From NCBI GenBank assembly GCA_049999805.1, contig JBNGIO010006237.1, positions 225,671 to 289,670 of the forward strand: a DNA stretch of 64,000 nt, written 5' to 3'. Positions 1 to 13,189 of this stretch are shown in pieces (within the stretch, counting starts at the first letter, position 1; each line of letters opens with the position of its first letter). Under the pieces are notes generated by a model. The model ran no database searches and had not been told where the DNA came from. It worked only from the letters and a program-made list of their open reading frames with translations. This DNA is from Folioceros fuciformis. Taxonomy: Eukaryota. A program made the translations under genes and the position numbers.

Positions 1-2912
1 CATCACAGACCGACACAGGATGACATGCCAACTCAAACAAGTCAGGGACAATTTCTTTTATCACAGGACACCAATCAGTTCGGAGTGGTCTACGTTCCTG
101 CCTCCCTGGAAAAGATGGTTAAGTCCTTGCAAATTAATCTCGGAGCGGATGAGTATTACATGGATGCATTTGCAGGATTCTTGGGCTCCCAACACTCTGG
201 TCACGTGCTCATGTCAAGGTGAGCCACCTCCTCCACGCTCAATGATGTTTCTTTCAAAAACTCTCTTACCAGGTCATCTAAGAAGGTTCACATGTGGAGC
301 TGCAGACCTGTAGCAAAGACAAAAGGAAATAATGGAATACGTCTGTATTGGCAAGTCCCCGCCTCTCTGTTAGAAAGCACGGCGGACTTCCTAGCCGTTG
401 GAAGCAGGTCCCAGGAATTGTCTCATCAACACCAAAACAACAGAGCAAGCATTCTGACAGGCTATCCTGTGTATGGGGATGCTATTCTGGCATCTGCTGG
501 CTCTGACTGGAGATCGGAAGGAATATTGAGATGCGATGATGTGACCCTTGCTTGCTATTACAGGTGCCTGCCCTTACTTCATGGTGCTCCTTATCTGCTG
601 CCTTGCATTGGTATTCACTCTCAAGTTGGCATGATCACATAGTTCTTCTCTGCATGGATTGGTATTCATTTGCCGTGGTTCTTCTGGGCTGAGAGGTTGT
701 TGTTCTTGAGGCAGGTTGGTATTGGGGAAGTCTCCTGAAGGAAGTTACAAACTTAGCAGAGATGCAGTGCTTGCAGCTGAGCTTCCCTCCACATACACCT
801 CCAGGAGTCAATGGCACGGAGGATTGCCTCGGTCCATTCTGACTGAGTTCTGCAAGCAGCAGCGTCTGGCAGAGCCTTCCTTTTGGTTCTGTTCTGAAAA
901 CTCAGATGTACCTCTGGAGGACGTGTTGATGAGTGGCCAAGGGGACAGTAGTGAAACAGACCAAACTAGGATGAGTGGCTCCTTGGACAGTAGTGAAACA
1001 GATCAAACTAGCCCCAGCTTAAATTCAGCTTCTGATGGTCACATGTCTGAGAAAGAGCATCCTGGACCTTTCAAGTGCAAAGTCAGAGTGACATGGAATG
1101 ATGGGACAACCATTGAGCACTCGTCGGAGGGATTTTTCAGGAGTCAGACTGATGCAAGGCACAGTGCATCTTTAAAGGCATTAGTGCAAATGGCATCTCT
1201 GTTCAGCTCCTCTTCGTATCTTTTGGGTTATCATCATCCATTCAGGGTGGTACAGTGGAATCTCAATGGATATAGGTGCTACCCTGAAAGTGGTATGATT
1301 CTCGGAGTTGTAAAGGATTGTAATTCTGAGACAGGTGTACAAATAGTCGATGAGGGTAATTGTACTGGGAAGTTGCCCAGCCCTGGATCTGTGGCCTGTA
1401 TCAACTATACTGTACACATTCAAGCACTGCCTTCTAAAGAGTTTGTGCCAGTTGAGGCATGTGACAATTTTGAGTTTGAACTTGGGACAAATGCTGTGGT
1501 ACCCCAGCTGGAGTTTTGTGTAGCTAATATGAGTGTGGGACAGGCCGCCAGTTTTTTTATCCCGTCTCCTGCCCATGGTCTTTTGCTGGCCGCTTGCGGG
1601 GGTTTAGCTGATGAATCTGGGCATCTTCATACAAGTAAGTCTTTGGGGACAGTACAGGGTTCGATGCCTGGTATAGCTATAGAGTTCCTTTCGGTGATAC
1701 AAAAGGTGGGTGGGCCTAAGGCGATTCTAGAAGTTTTTAGCTTGTCTAGCAACTGACATTCTTCTACCCTGTGCAGGTGGATTGTTGAAATACATGGTGA
1801 AGCTGACGTCATATCAAGAGCCACCTGAGGACAGAATGGAATGTGCACATTTTTCCCCTCCACTTTCAAAGCAGAGGATGGAGTTCGCATTGAAATTGAT
1901 ACAGGCTATAGAGGCAAAATCACTGGTAACGTGACGCCGTAAACCATGCAGATGTGGTTCTGTTTCAGATTCTCTAGACGCCGGTTTTGCGTTAGGTTTC
2001 CTCACGCTGCATTCACTGTACTGACCACTTACCTCACTCCGATCAGATTGATATAGGTTGCGGTTCAGGCAGCTTGCTGGACGTTCTGATTGATCATCCT
2101 TCTTCTCTAGAAACGATGTCAGGAGTTGACATTTCAAACAGAAGTCTTGTGCGGGCAGCTAAGGTTTGGGGTGCTTCTACCACTGTGATCCCTGTTTCTT
2201 GCTATTGGCATCACTCTCAGTGCGCTTTACTCGTCCTACATTGCAGTCCGTGGATATGAAGCTCACCAAGCGGCAACATGATGCGACAGAGAAGTTAATC
2301 GACGTGACCTTGTACGAAGGTAGCCTTGCAGATTTCGATCCTCGCCTCAGGAGTCCAGACATTGCCACTTGTGTCGAGGTAACTGCTAATGTTTCATCCT
2401 TGGTGACTGATAGTAGAACGTCTGCATTGAGAAACTGAACGCTTTGTGTGAAGCAGGTTGTGGAGCACATGGATCCAGAGCCCTTGTTACTTTTTGGGGA
2501 GGTCGTTTTGGGACGGATATCACCAAAGGTCCTCTTGGTGTCCACTCCCAATATCGAGTACAATCCAGTGCTGCAGGGACTTCCTTGGAATGGTTCCATT
2601 GACTACGCTGAGGTTAAACTAAGAAACGACGACCACAGATTCGAGTGGACACGGGCTGAGTTTCGAGCCTGGGCAGATAACTTGGCTAACGAGTTCGGCT
2701 ACCGTGTCGAATATAGTGGGGTTGGAGGAAGCGGAGAGGAAGTCGGCCCTGGTTTTGCGTCTCAAATTGCGGTCTTTACTCGCCTTGATGGTCATTCACA
2801 ATCATCCTGTTACGGCACTAATGAAGAGATTAGTGCTGCTCTAGAAGTTCCAGCCAAAGGCCTTCAATATCGATTGATGTACTCCTGGAGGGGCAAGGCA
2901 AAAGTTGCTTGA
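1..2912 (+). CDS. HEN1: Small RNA 2'-O-methyltransferase HEN1, 5' truncated by the window edge, multi-exon
   Basis: dsRBD-like segment (PRSILTEFCKQQRLAEP...A..SASLKAL), FKBP-like segment (FEFELGTNAVVPQLEFCVANMSVGQAASF), methyltransferase motifs D-I-GCGSG (~2049), SGVDIS, LYEGS..FDPRL, VEHMD, STPNIEYN, RNDDHRFEWTRAEF; stop TGA 2910-2912. Confidence 0.95.
928..1011 (+). repeat. 42-bp in-frame tandem duplication inside HEN1 (MSGxxDSSETDQT x2)
   Basis: gatgagtggc...gacagtagtgaaacaga(c/t)caaactag starts at 928 and again at 970. Confidence 0.9.
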
Positions 2913-3039
2913 ATCACTTTTCGTCGAAAAAGTTGCAGGGTTGCTTTTTCGGGATCACTCTGGAGCAATTGAGTGTGTTGTGGACAGCGTCGTCCGTCTC
3001 GTCTGGACATATTTTGTCAGAAAAAAGAGTTGCTGTTGC

Positions 3040-3710
3040 TTAAAGCATAGTCATCAACTGTGAAGCCTGCAGAGCGTGTGCCTTGGCAGTCTGAAGCCTT
3101 TCATTCAACGTGCTGTCCTTGCGCGCCGCCCCAACGAGTGCCATATCCATTTGCAATAGCCTGATCACTCTCAGGATCTCAAATATAACCTGTTGATCAC
3201 CTTGTAGCTTCGACGCAGCCTGACTCAACCGACTGAGCATTTCGTTGCCTGCTCTTGCTGTATCCTGTCCGCTGCTGCGAGGTACCTCCAATAACCTAAC
3301 AAATTCCTGAAGCAGATCTGACAACGCACCACGACTAGCCTCCCTCTCCTGTCCTGCATTTGTGATGCATCGGGAAGAAAATCTGTGAGCAAGGACCCAA
3401 AGCAGTCAATCGTAACCTCAGCAAGCAATCCCTGTCACGCCAAGCTAAGCGTTCTCCACACACCTGCGCTGCCTGCAGAGTTTCTGCACGGCAAGAGAGC
3501 GGAGTGCACGATTGTCAGTCGAGAGACGTGGAAACGAGGCGTAGGGCAGCGGTTCCAGCACTGGTCTGCTCCAAGCCTCTCAAACGACGTAAATGCAGAA
3601 TAGTGCCTCCCAAGGATACAAGAAGACGTTTGACCCCAGTCCTCATCAGGCTCCTTGAAGATGCTAGGAATGAACAAAGTCACAGGTAGAGAACCCAAAA
3701 TGGACCCCAT
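3040..3710 (-). CDS. Small two-exon protein, probably plastid-targeted, with a helical C-terminus resembling the cyanobacterial PatD family
   Basis: ATG at 3710 (MGSILGSLP...), GT donor ~3464, AG acceptor ~3319, exon 2 ORF ending EILRVIRLLQMDMALVGAARKDSTLNERLQTAKAH...; the PatD resemblance is from memory. Confidence 0.6.
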
Positions 3711-4136
3711 GTTCCGTAAGCGACAAATGAAATATGTGGATACGAATTCAGCCAGTATCTGTGTTTCTCGTCCACTTTCAGGTAGATGGGGCAATGTAAT
3801 CCAAATCCCAAGCCTGTTAAGTTATGGTTTTTACCGGGGCCCTGCCAGACACCTCTGTGACCACATGACCCATCTGGAACAATGGAACTTCCATGTCGTG
3901 ACACGATGTCATGTCTCTATATCTTTCATGTGCCTTTACAGGGCTAGTTTGAAATTTAACACATAACCAACAACAGGGTGATGAGGAATAGCACATAGGT
4001 GCAAGTACGTGCACAGTGGAAGCGTTGAGACCTGGCGACTAGAGGAGACAAAGTACTTGGAAAATTTGCCTAGTCCGATGATGGAGCTCTAGCAAAGAAG
4101 TAGTGGCACAATGTTTTTAATGGTAGCATTGCCTAT

Positions 4137-7100
4137 TCAGGTCTCGTAGTCCCTGCTGGATTTAACTGGCGGATGGAGACGCAATAACAAAGAATTTGAG
4201 ACCACAAATACTGAGCTCATGGCCATCATCCCACCTGCACAACCAGGGTACTCCTCTTCAGTAACTTGAAACACTAGATCTCAAACCATTTCCGACCGAA
4301 GTGAAGCATCTCCATTACCTGCAAGGGATGGTGTCAAAGCGAAGTCGAAAGCCGGTAGGAAGACACCTGCAGCAATTGGCACCGCTACTGCATTGTAGGT
4401 GAGAGCCCAGGCGAGGTTTTGATAAACCTTCTGAATTGTAGCTCGAGATAGATCTATAGCCTCCACTACCTGCATATGACCGACAAGGGAGCTCAGCACC
4501 CGTCCAACATACCCGGAGAAGTCTTGGGCAGCAGCAGCGGTATGCGAGAGTGACCTGGAATAAGCGATTCCTTAGCAGGATCACGGAGGCAGCATCTGAG
4601 GCAGCATCTCCTCTTGACTGGAGTTTCAACGCCATGCCTACATCGGCTCGAGCAAGTGCTGGTGCATCGTTTACACCATCTCCTATCTTTACAGACAGTA
4701 TTATAATAGACAGAGCGTTACAAGAGGAAGAGGGATCGTACCTACTGGATGAAGGACACTGTTCAGCTTGAAGACACCAACAATCAGCTACAGATCAGAT
4801 TCTCACCATAGCAACAACAGAGCCCCGCTGCCGCAGAGATTCCACTGCGTCGGCTTTCTCATTTGGACGCATACCTCCCTGCACACTGCCAGCGTCATCA
4901 ATTCCCACACTCTTGGCAACCCTTGCAACAGCTTCCCTTCTATCCCCTGAAAGAACGAGTGTGTCTGCTCCCAACTCCTTCAACCTGTACACACGAGGAC
5001 AGGGGGAAAGATGAGAGCTGTGTCACAATTGATGTCGGGGAAACTGCCCTTCGCGAGAGTCTTACATCTTCAACCCACCGAGCTATGGTCTCCTTAGCAT
5101 CTTTTCTCAGGGAATCAGTCACAGAGATTGCGCCAATCACACCAGTGCCCTCCACACCCACAAATACAACTGTCTGTGATTGCTCGAGTAGTGATTCGCC
5201 CATGCTCTTGGATAAAGAGTCTCTCAGATACCTGTCTGCATCAGGGGCCGTCGACTCTGCGCTACTCGCCTCAGGGCGGACATTGCAGCATCCTACGACC
5301 CACTTGTAAACACCAATAGCCACTACACGACCATCCACCTCCGCAAGTGCGCCACATCCCGGCTCTGTTAGATGGCCTGTAGTAGCTAGGGATGAGAGCC
5401 CGAGAGCCTCAGCTCTAGCTACTATGGCGGATGCGATTGGATGAGACGTATTTCTCTCCACAGCAGCTGCCAGCTGAAGGATGGAGAGCTCATCATGACC
5501 GTCCAGAGCGGCTGTAGCGGCTACGCTTGGATGACCTTCCGTTAGAGTCCCTGTCTGAAAATGTGAAAAACATGAATCAGGAATTCATCTGTGAGACGAA
5601 GCTTGGCATCAGATGATATGGGCACCTTATCGAAAATGACTATGTCCACTCGAGCCAAGCGCTCTAGCACATCCCCTCCCCGAATTAACAGTCCACGCTT
5701 CGCGCCTGCAGTGAATCACACCAGCATTGGAGGCTGAAGGGCGTGCACGTACAGATATGAAGCTAGAAGCGACTTACGACAGCATTACCTAGAGATGTAC
5801 CGATGAGAACAGCAGTTGGCGTGGCCAGTCCAAGCGCACAAGGACAGGCCACCACCTGACGACTCGGAACATTTATGTGACCACATTTAGTCCACCGATC
5901 CAAGCTTTGAAAGCAGAGGTAGGGAAGATCCTAAGCTTCAGCCCACACAAAAGACTGCACAAGAAACCGAGCCCTTCCTCACCAGCACATCAATAGCTAG
6001 CTTTAGACTGAGAAGAAGAGTATCCCCGTCAGGTCCTGCTGCATCATTCAAGAGCACATCCGGAAACAGAGATGTCCCGATGAAGTACCTATACAAAGTC
6101 ATAACTTTCATGTTAAAAGTGGTAGGCGCACTCATTTGCACAGCGAGTCCACAGCACAACACTAATCCAAAGCAAAAAACAATAAGGCCGACGTGATATA
6201 CCAGAAGGAGAATGTGGCTCCTGAAAGTGCCATGATAGTGAAGGCAAATGGTCCAGCGATCTTATCGGCAAAACGTTGCACAGGTGCTTCCCTCCCCTGC
6301 GCGTTCTCTACCTGAAGGCAGAGCAACCCAAGGCACTCGTGTTAGGTCTAGGCCGCTGCTTGCAATACCAAATGATGTGCCAAAGCAGGAAGCTTTGGAG
6401 ATGAGGTGGCGGAACAATGTCTTTCTCACCATCTGGATAATATTTGATACGGCCGATTTAGCTCCTGTTGCAGTGGCCTTAATGCGGATAGGACCTTCCT
6501 GTCATCATTACACAAAACAGATCAGACTATAACCTAGACTATCCTCCAAAGTCTTCGCTCATACTGAAGCCACAACTGGAAGAGCAACTGGAAAGTTTAG
6601 ATCTCTACCCAGTTCGTTGTTCCTGCTGAGACTGAGAGGCCCTTCATTTTGGTAACCGGAAGAGGTTCACCAGTTAGCATGGACTCATCCACAGCACTTC
6701 GGCCAGCCAGCACTTCTCCCTGAAAGAAGAAGCATAAGACGCTGTAAGACAGGTTGATCCTTGGTTCCAACATAGTGTTCAATTTGTGCTATCTGAACCA
6801 CGGTTCGCTTCATGCATTCACTCACACTGAACGAACTGGGCTAAAGAGTTTACATCGACAGGAATAGTCTCGCCTGGAAGCACAAGAAGGCTGTCTCCGA
6901 CACGAACTTGTTCTGTTGCCACCTCCACGGCCATTCCCTCGGTAACAGATACTTCTGAATCATCACTCCGGCTCTCTTCTGCTATGAGGAGCCTTGACTT
7001 CGCAGGTAATAATGACTGATGTCAAGCAGAAGTGAACGTCAAGGTTGCTTGTGTCAATCTCATCACTTTGGTCCACATAACATTTCCATCACCATCCGAA

Positions 7101-8575
7101 ACCACTTACCAGAAGCTCTTGCATGTCACTTGAAGCCTGAACTCGAGCACGAGCTTCTAGGGCTCGGCCGAGCAGTACGAAGGCAAGTAGCATCACCTGC
7201 GGAAGAAGCAATACACTTGAGCTTAGAGCATTCACCAATACATGCACCTCAAAGAAGCTGAAGTACTGATAACGAGAGGTATTGACCGGTTCATCGAAGA
7301 AAGAAGCATCCCAGTTGAGATCAGGATTTGCTAACGACACCTGAAGTGAGTAGAAACGAGCGACGCAGCTTAGGACGTGTGTGGAGTATATACTCGAAGA
7401 CAGACAGACAGAAAACACAAAACACCACAAAACAGAGAACGAAGGCAGCTGATGTTGCTTGCTCACAGTACTAATGAGGAATGCTGAACTTGCACCAAAA
7501 CCGACAAGAGTGTTCATATTTGGTGATTTGCGGGCCAAGGCTTTGGCCCCATCTACCAGCAACTCTGTGCAGCCAAACAAGGTGACCTTGATGAACCTCA
7601 ACCCCAATCACAACAAGTTTGCAACTTTGAGTTCCAAAAGAACAACACAGCACACCTCTAGCAGGTCCGAGTAGAGTGACAGATGCCACAGCGCACTTAA
7701 ACACGGCATTGTGAAGAAGATCCGCAACAGGACCTGGACACAAAGTGCAGTTTAGCGAATGGCGATGCAGACGGGGCAGGAGAACACACAGCAAACGAGC
7801 GCACCGAGAGCTGACAGATACCGTGCATTAGCCCATGAAATCCAAGGTCGTGAACAAAATGAGCGGCATGAGTGCCACAGCACAAGGCTACAAGCGTCCA
7901 AGCAAATGCGACCTGACTCGTGCTCTTTCTTATCAACTCCTGCTTCCTCTCCGCCATTTCCCTTCTCTTGTGCTCCACACTCCCTTCACCTACCCCTGCC
8001 ACCCTCTGCTTGGACGGGAATCCCGACACAGAGAGTCGAGCAGCCAGCTCATCCCCCACAGCTGCAGAAGTGTCGCTTTTCCTAATCCGAATGGCAGCGG
8101 TTTCGGTAACCATATTCACAGCAGCAGATTCCACTCGCTCATCTGCAGCCAGCAGGCTGCGGACTCTGGCCACACATCCTCCGCACATCATGCCCTCTAC
8201 GTCTAACACAACTGCATCTCCTCTGCTGTTCTGTTGCTCAGGTGGCACAACATCAAGCTTGATTGCACGAATCGGCCCGACTCTCCGCAAGGCCCTGCTG
8301 GAGACATTGTCCCGCAAGAGCGGTCGGCACGAGGCAGCCCACGCACATTTCCCAGAAAACAAACGCAATTCCAATGCAACCCGCCCCGCAATGGCAGCGG
8401 GCCCTGCTACCCCCCTGCCACATAACAGTTGTCTCTGTCCCAGCATCTTGAGCCTCCTACACTCTGGAAGTCCAAGCAAGTGCAAATCCTTCCTCCCCAC
8501 GATAAAGCTCCCTGTATCCTGCCCTGGAACAGAAATTGAAACCCAAGGCGCAGCCATAGCCGCTGGCCCGAGCAT
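4137..8575 (-). CDS. PAA2: Chloroplast (thylakoid) Cu-transporting P1B-ATPase PAA2/HMA8, multi-exon
   Basis: Transit peptide, HMA motif [96 protein letters not shown] and LCCGxH are typical of the HMA8 rather than HMA6 clade; stop at 4137-4139. Confidence 0.92.
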
Positions 8576-10851
8576 CACACTTTCACCTGATCTGGCTCAT
8601 TGGCGTCCTCCATGCCCAGGCCCAGGCACAGGCACTGGCTATCAGGCAGTTTCTTGCTACTCCAGAATGAGATGCACCAAGCCCACCTCAATTATGCACA
8701 TAGTGATAAATCAATACTGCGTGTGGCGCATTATTGGTGGGCTTTAGGACATACGTACGATGTCGCAGACTGGTCGACAACAAGCTCATCTCGAGCCCAC
8801 AAATGACGGTGCAACGCGTATTGACGCCCCATAGGACATCCGGCTAAAATACGGTCAACTCTAATCCACACACATGTCTCCTTTATAAAATTGGACATAC
8901 CAATCACGACTCTTGCCAGTCTTGCTACACAGACCAAGAAAGACGATGATACAGCCATCGCAGCCCAAACCCCGTCCGCGCAGGTAGCAAATTCTGGACT
9001 CGAAGAGCCTGGGCGGGAATCGCTAATCTTGGATACTGTTCAGTGCACGGAGAACGAACAATGGATTGAGATGAGCAGTCGACAAGAGCTGTAAAAGGTT
9101 GTCGTAGACATCGCTGGTGCCTCACGCCTGAAGCCACTGGTGCAAAATAGAATGTAGTTACCTGATGCGGAGACCCTGGAGACTTGATAAGACACAGATG
9201 CTAAGTGATCTCCACTTTTGGCCATTCGTCCGGCAGGGCCAACGTGTTGCCGGATTGGTAAGCAGATTGTCTTTTTCGGTCTTGAGTACGAGGTGCACCA
9301 GTGCGGTGCACGCAGGAAGCCTGGAAGACAAGCGCATGAGTCGCTGCTCGAACGATGCAGCCAGGGTTTCTGTGCGCACTGTGTACATAGCTGGAAGTTT
9401 ACAATCTGTAGCATCATACACTGCGATAGGTTGTGCGCTCCAAGGGATTTACGCCTCGCGTTGGGGATTGTACACACGTACGTACCAGGTTCACGTTGCA
9501 GGGACCAGTTAGCCGCAGACTGCAATCGAATGATGGTAAAGCGACGTGAATGCTCCGGCTTGCCTCACATTTTCTATCGGTGTAGGTTCATTCCCCAAGC
9601 TTCCAAGACAAGCGAACGAGTTCAGAAATCGAATGTGCATCCAGCGTTGCATACACGTCCACTCTTTGAAGAAGCACCCGTCAATGTAAACTACATCCGG
9701 TCTCTGTGTTGTGAATGCTTGTGCATCATGTAATAACTTGGGAATATCTGCTATTGACTCCCCCTCCCTGCCGAGCAGTGATCAATGCCAGTTCAGACAT
9801 GCATGCCGTTGAGAATCTCCCGTGCACTGCCGGTCCCTGCCTGTCTTGAGGCACACAAACTGGTTCTGGTAACCGATGGTGGATCCCATAGGCGGCGCAG
9901 GTGATGTTGCAGCCGACACTTGATCGGCCTATGCCTCCTTGCATCATTTGCGGGGAGACTGATGCGACATCCCAACAGAGAAATGTCATCGAAGCCGCTG
10001 CTCATTGCGGCAGCTAGGGCTATCACTGTCGTCGTTCTGTAATGTACTCCTGGAGATTCACTGACTTCTCGGATCCTTAGCTACTTGCGGATGGCGTCAG
10101 TAACATCTGTCCAGTGCGACGACCACTCCATATTCTGGCCCCCGGCTCTTCGTTTTGCGGGGCACGCAGTTGTGAATCGAAGTGCAGTGTACTGCCCACA
10201 TCTCCGCTCTTTCGCACAACCCCTGACGACGTTGAGATCGCTGGTCGGGGCATCCAGTTTCCGGGGTGAAGCAGTCAAATGTTTGTTTGTGCCTAGAGCT
10301 CATTAAACCCTAGGGACTCGCGATCGTCCAAAGATCTGTACTCTGGTGCCCAGACATATGCCGACCATCTGGCGCCAAATTCGACACCTCCGGTGATGCG
10401 CTGCTGTATATCAAGTATCCCTGGTCAATTGATGTAGCCGCTTGTCGTGTCTTTGCGAGGGAACCAGATGGGAGGACGTGTATACAAACTTCTTAACCAC
10501 TTGAGATCTTGATGACGGCCGCTCTGTGTTCGGATCCTCGTCTCCAGTGGAGAAACATGACACTTTGGCATGGTCCAGGTATCGGTGGTTCCATAGTTTC
10601 AGTGCTTGCCATTGCGAGCCATGGCTCTCTGGAGGTTAGTAGGTCTGCTAGGAAGAGCTCCGGCTCACCTGATGTCAAGAAGCCAACCGTTCGCGAACAA
10701 CGAAGCGGCGAGGTGCAGTACCTTGGCATTGATGCCTACCAATTTAACAGGATGTTTGGCTGTAGCCGAATCTCCCACCGATCAGGAGGGCCTCGGGCTG
10801 TACAAATTCTGCAAGCCAGCTGGGGTGGGTGGGCAACTGACTGCCCTGGAT

Positions 10852-13030
10852 ATGCAGATGGGCCGTACATCCTACTGCAGCTTGCTGAACGATCGTGAGC
10901 TTGGCAGGACTGCAGCATACAAAGGTAATGTAACTGCTGAAACCGTCAGCAAGCTTTTTCAGCAGGGGCAGCTCACCTAGGCCGTCGAGGCTCTCGGAAT
11001 TTTAGTGCACGCAGGATGTCATCTGTCCAGGTCTCTCTTCCATTCTGCCATCAGAGAATGTGTGGCCAAGAAGGATCTTGCTCTAGGTCGGGCAGTTCAT
11101 GCTCTTACTGTGACGAAGGGTTACGATTCGGATACGTCCCTGTGCAACCATATCCTTCGAATGTATGCTTCTCATGCCAGGTTGCAGGAAGCTATGGATG
11201 TGTTCAATGTGATTTCCACACCAGATGCTTTCACGTGGTGTGCCATTATTTCTGCTCATGTTAAGCGTGGACAAGATAAGCAGGCTATTGAACTGTATTG
11301 TCAGATGCGCAGGTCCAGTCTCAAGCCCAATGGTCATGGGTTTGTGGCAGCCCTGCAGGCTTGTGTGAGGGGAGCAGACTTGAGAGCTGGGCAGCAGGTG
11401 CATGCTGATGTGCTGTCTATTGGCGTTGAGCCTGATTTATTTGTCTGTAGTTTCTTGGTGGACATGTACGCAAAGTGTGGCAGCTTACAAGACGCTAAAA
11501 GAGTGTTTGAGGGGCTTCCTCAGAAAGATGTGGTGACGTGGAATGCCATGATAGCTGGATACTCCCAGAAGGGCATGGGGCAGGATGCCCTTCATCTTTA
11601 CGCTGCAATGCAAGAGGAGGGCATGGCTACACCAAATTCTGTGACATTTGTGTGACTCTTGCATGTGCGAGTGTTGGCAACTCAGCTCTGGAGAAGGGCA
11701 GGCAGTATCATTCACAAATCAAAGAACAAGGACCTTCAACGTGATGACCTTCACGCAGGATGTCAACTTCGTCATCACGTGTTCGTGGCCAGCAGTTTGG
11801 TAAATATGTATGCAAAGTGTGGAAGCTTGTTTGATGGGCTTCCCTAAAAAGATCTGGTGACATGGAATGCTATGATAGGAGCATATTCTCAGCAGGGAAT
11901 GGGGCAGGAGTCCCTTCGTCTCTACAGGGCTATGCAAGAAGAAGGCATTGTTGGGCTCGATTCTCTGACATTTGTATGTCTATTGCAGGCCTGTGCAAGT
12001 GTGGGCAACCCGGCCTTGGAAATAGGAAGACAGCTTCATTCACAAATCAGAGAACAAGGACTTCAAGCAAATGTGTTTATAGCCAGCAGTTTAGTAAACA
12101 TGTATGGGAAGTGTGGCACCTTAGAGGAGGCTCACAGTGTATTTGACGGACTTGGTCACAAAAATGTGGTGACGTGGAGTGCCATGATCGCAGGATATGC
12201 CCATCAGGGCATGGGCCAGGATGCCCTGCGCGTTTATAAGGCTGTCCAAGAAGACGGAATCGTTGCACCCAATTCAGGGCCCTTTGTGTGCCTCCTTCAA
12301 GCATGTGCAAGTGTTGCAGCTTGGCAGCTGGGGAGACAGCTTCATGGACAGATCAAAGACCAAGGGCTTGAAGCCGATGAGCTTGTGGCTTGTAGTTTGA
12401 TTAACGTGTATGGGAAGTGTGGTAGTATGGTTGATGCACAGAAGGTGTTCGAAACATTGGCGGAAAGAGATGTGGTTACCTGGAATGCACTGATTGCGGG
12501 ATACAGCCTTCAAGGCGACAGTGAAAAGGTCTTTGACCTGGTTGTTGGAATGGGAAAGAATGGTATCAAGCCAGACGGCGTAACACTTCTGAATGTTCTC
12601 ACAGTATGCAGTCATACGGGTCTAGTGAAGACGGGGCAAGAATACTGTGAGGCTATTCGGATACGCTACATAATCACTCCCACAGCCGACCACTACACAT
12701 GCCTGGATCTCCTGGGTCGTGCAGGGCAACTGGATGAGGCACTAGCCCTTGTGAGGACCATGCCCGTACCCCCTAATTCTGTAGTCTGGCACACGCTACT
12801 TGGTGCTTGTCGGAAGTGGAGGAACCTGGAGGTGGGACGTCATGCCTTTGATGCAGCAGTGAAGCTAGATGCCGCAGCCTATGATTTGATGTCGAACATA
12901 TACACCAGTGCCCAGATGTGGGAGCAAGCATAGGAATTGCAGATGAGAAGAATACGGACCAGGGCATGGAAAGAGCCGGCCCAGAGTTGTTGGACAGATC
13001 TGGACGGTGTGGTACACCGTTTCTTGGTAA
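10852..13030 (+). pseudogene. PLS-class PPR pseudogene (E1-E2 plus degenerate WW-type PG box), paralog of the 18238-20796 gene
   Basis: P-L-S repeats interrupted by stops TAG 10978, TGA 11653, TAA 11845 and TAG 12931, plus indels; tail AWKEPAQSCWTDLDGVVHRF matches AWKRPGRSWWTDTSGQVHSF of the paralog. Confidence 0.88.
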
Positions 13031-13189
13031 GGGAGATGAAGCAAGGATGAAAAAAGAGGCACGAAGCGTCATTTAATGGGCTGCAAGTTGCTGGAGAGAC
13101 GTACTCATGTGCGGTAAGGTTAGCTGCACCTGATGTAAACGACCACCTTCCTCGCCATGCGAACGTTGTAAGGACTGTCAGGTTTCGTG

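Noticed and set aside
3684..3710. MGSILGSLP resembles the N-terminus of plant DDA1
   Set aside because: Similarity stops after about 9 residues; the following DDA1 motifs are absent.
8730..10850. Possible gene(s) between PAA2 and the PPR pseudogene (e.g. RPDVVYIDG on the minus strand near 9690)
   Set aside because: Only short broken ORFs; one motif is not enough to assign a family.
10978..12933. PPR stop codons repaired by U-to-C editing, as in hornwort organelles
   Set aside because: The gene is nuclear. TGA 11653 aligns to Cys and TAG 12931 to Glu, which U-to-C cannot restore, and frameshifts are also present.
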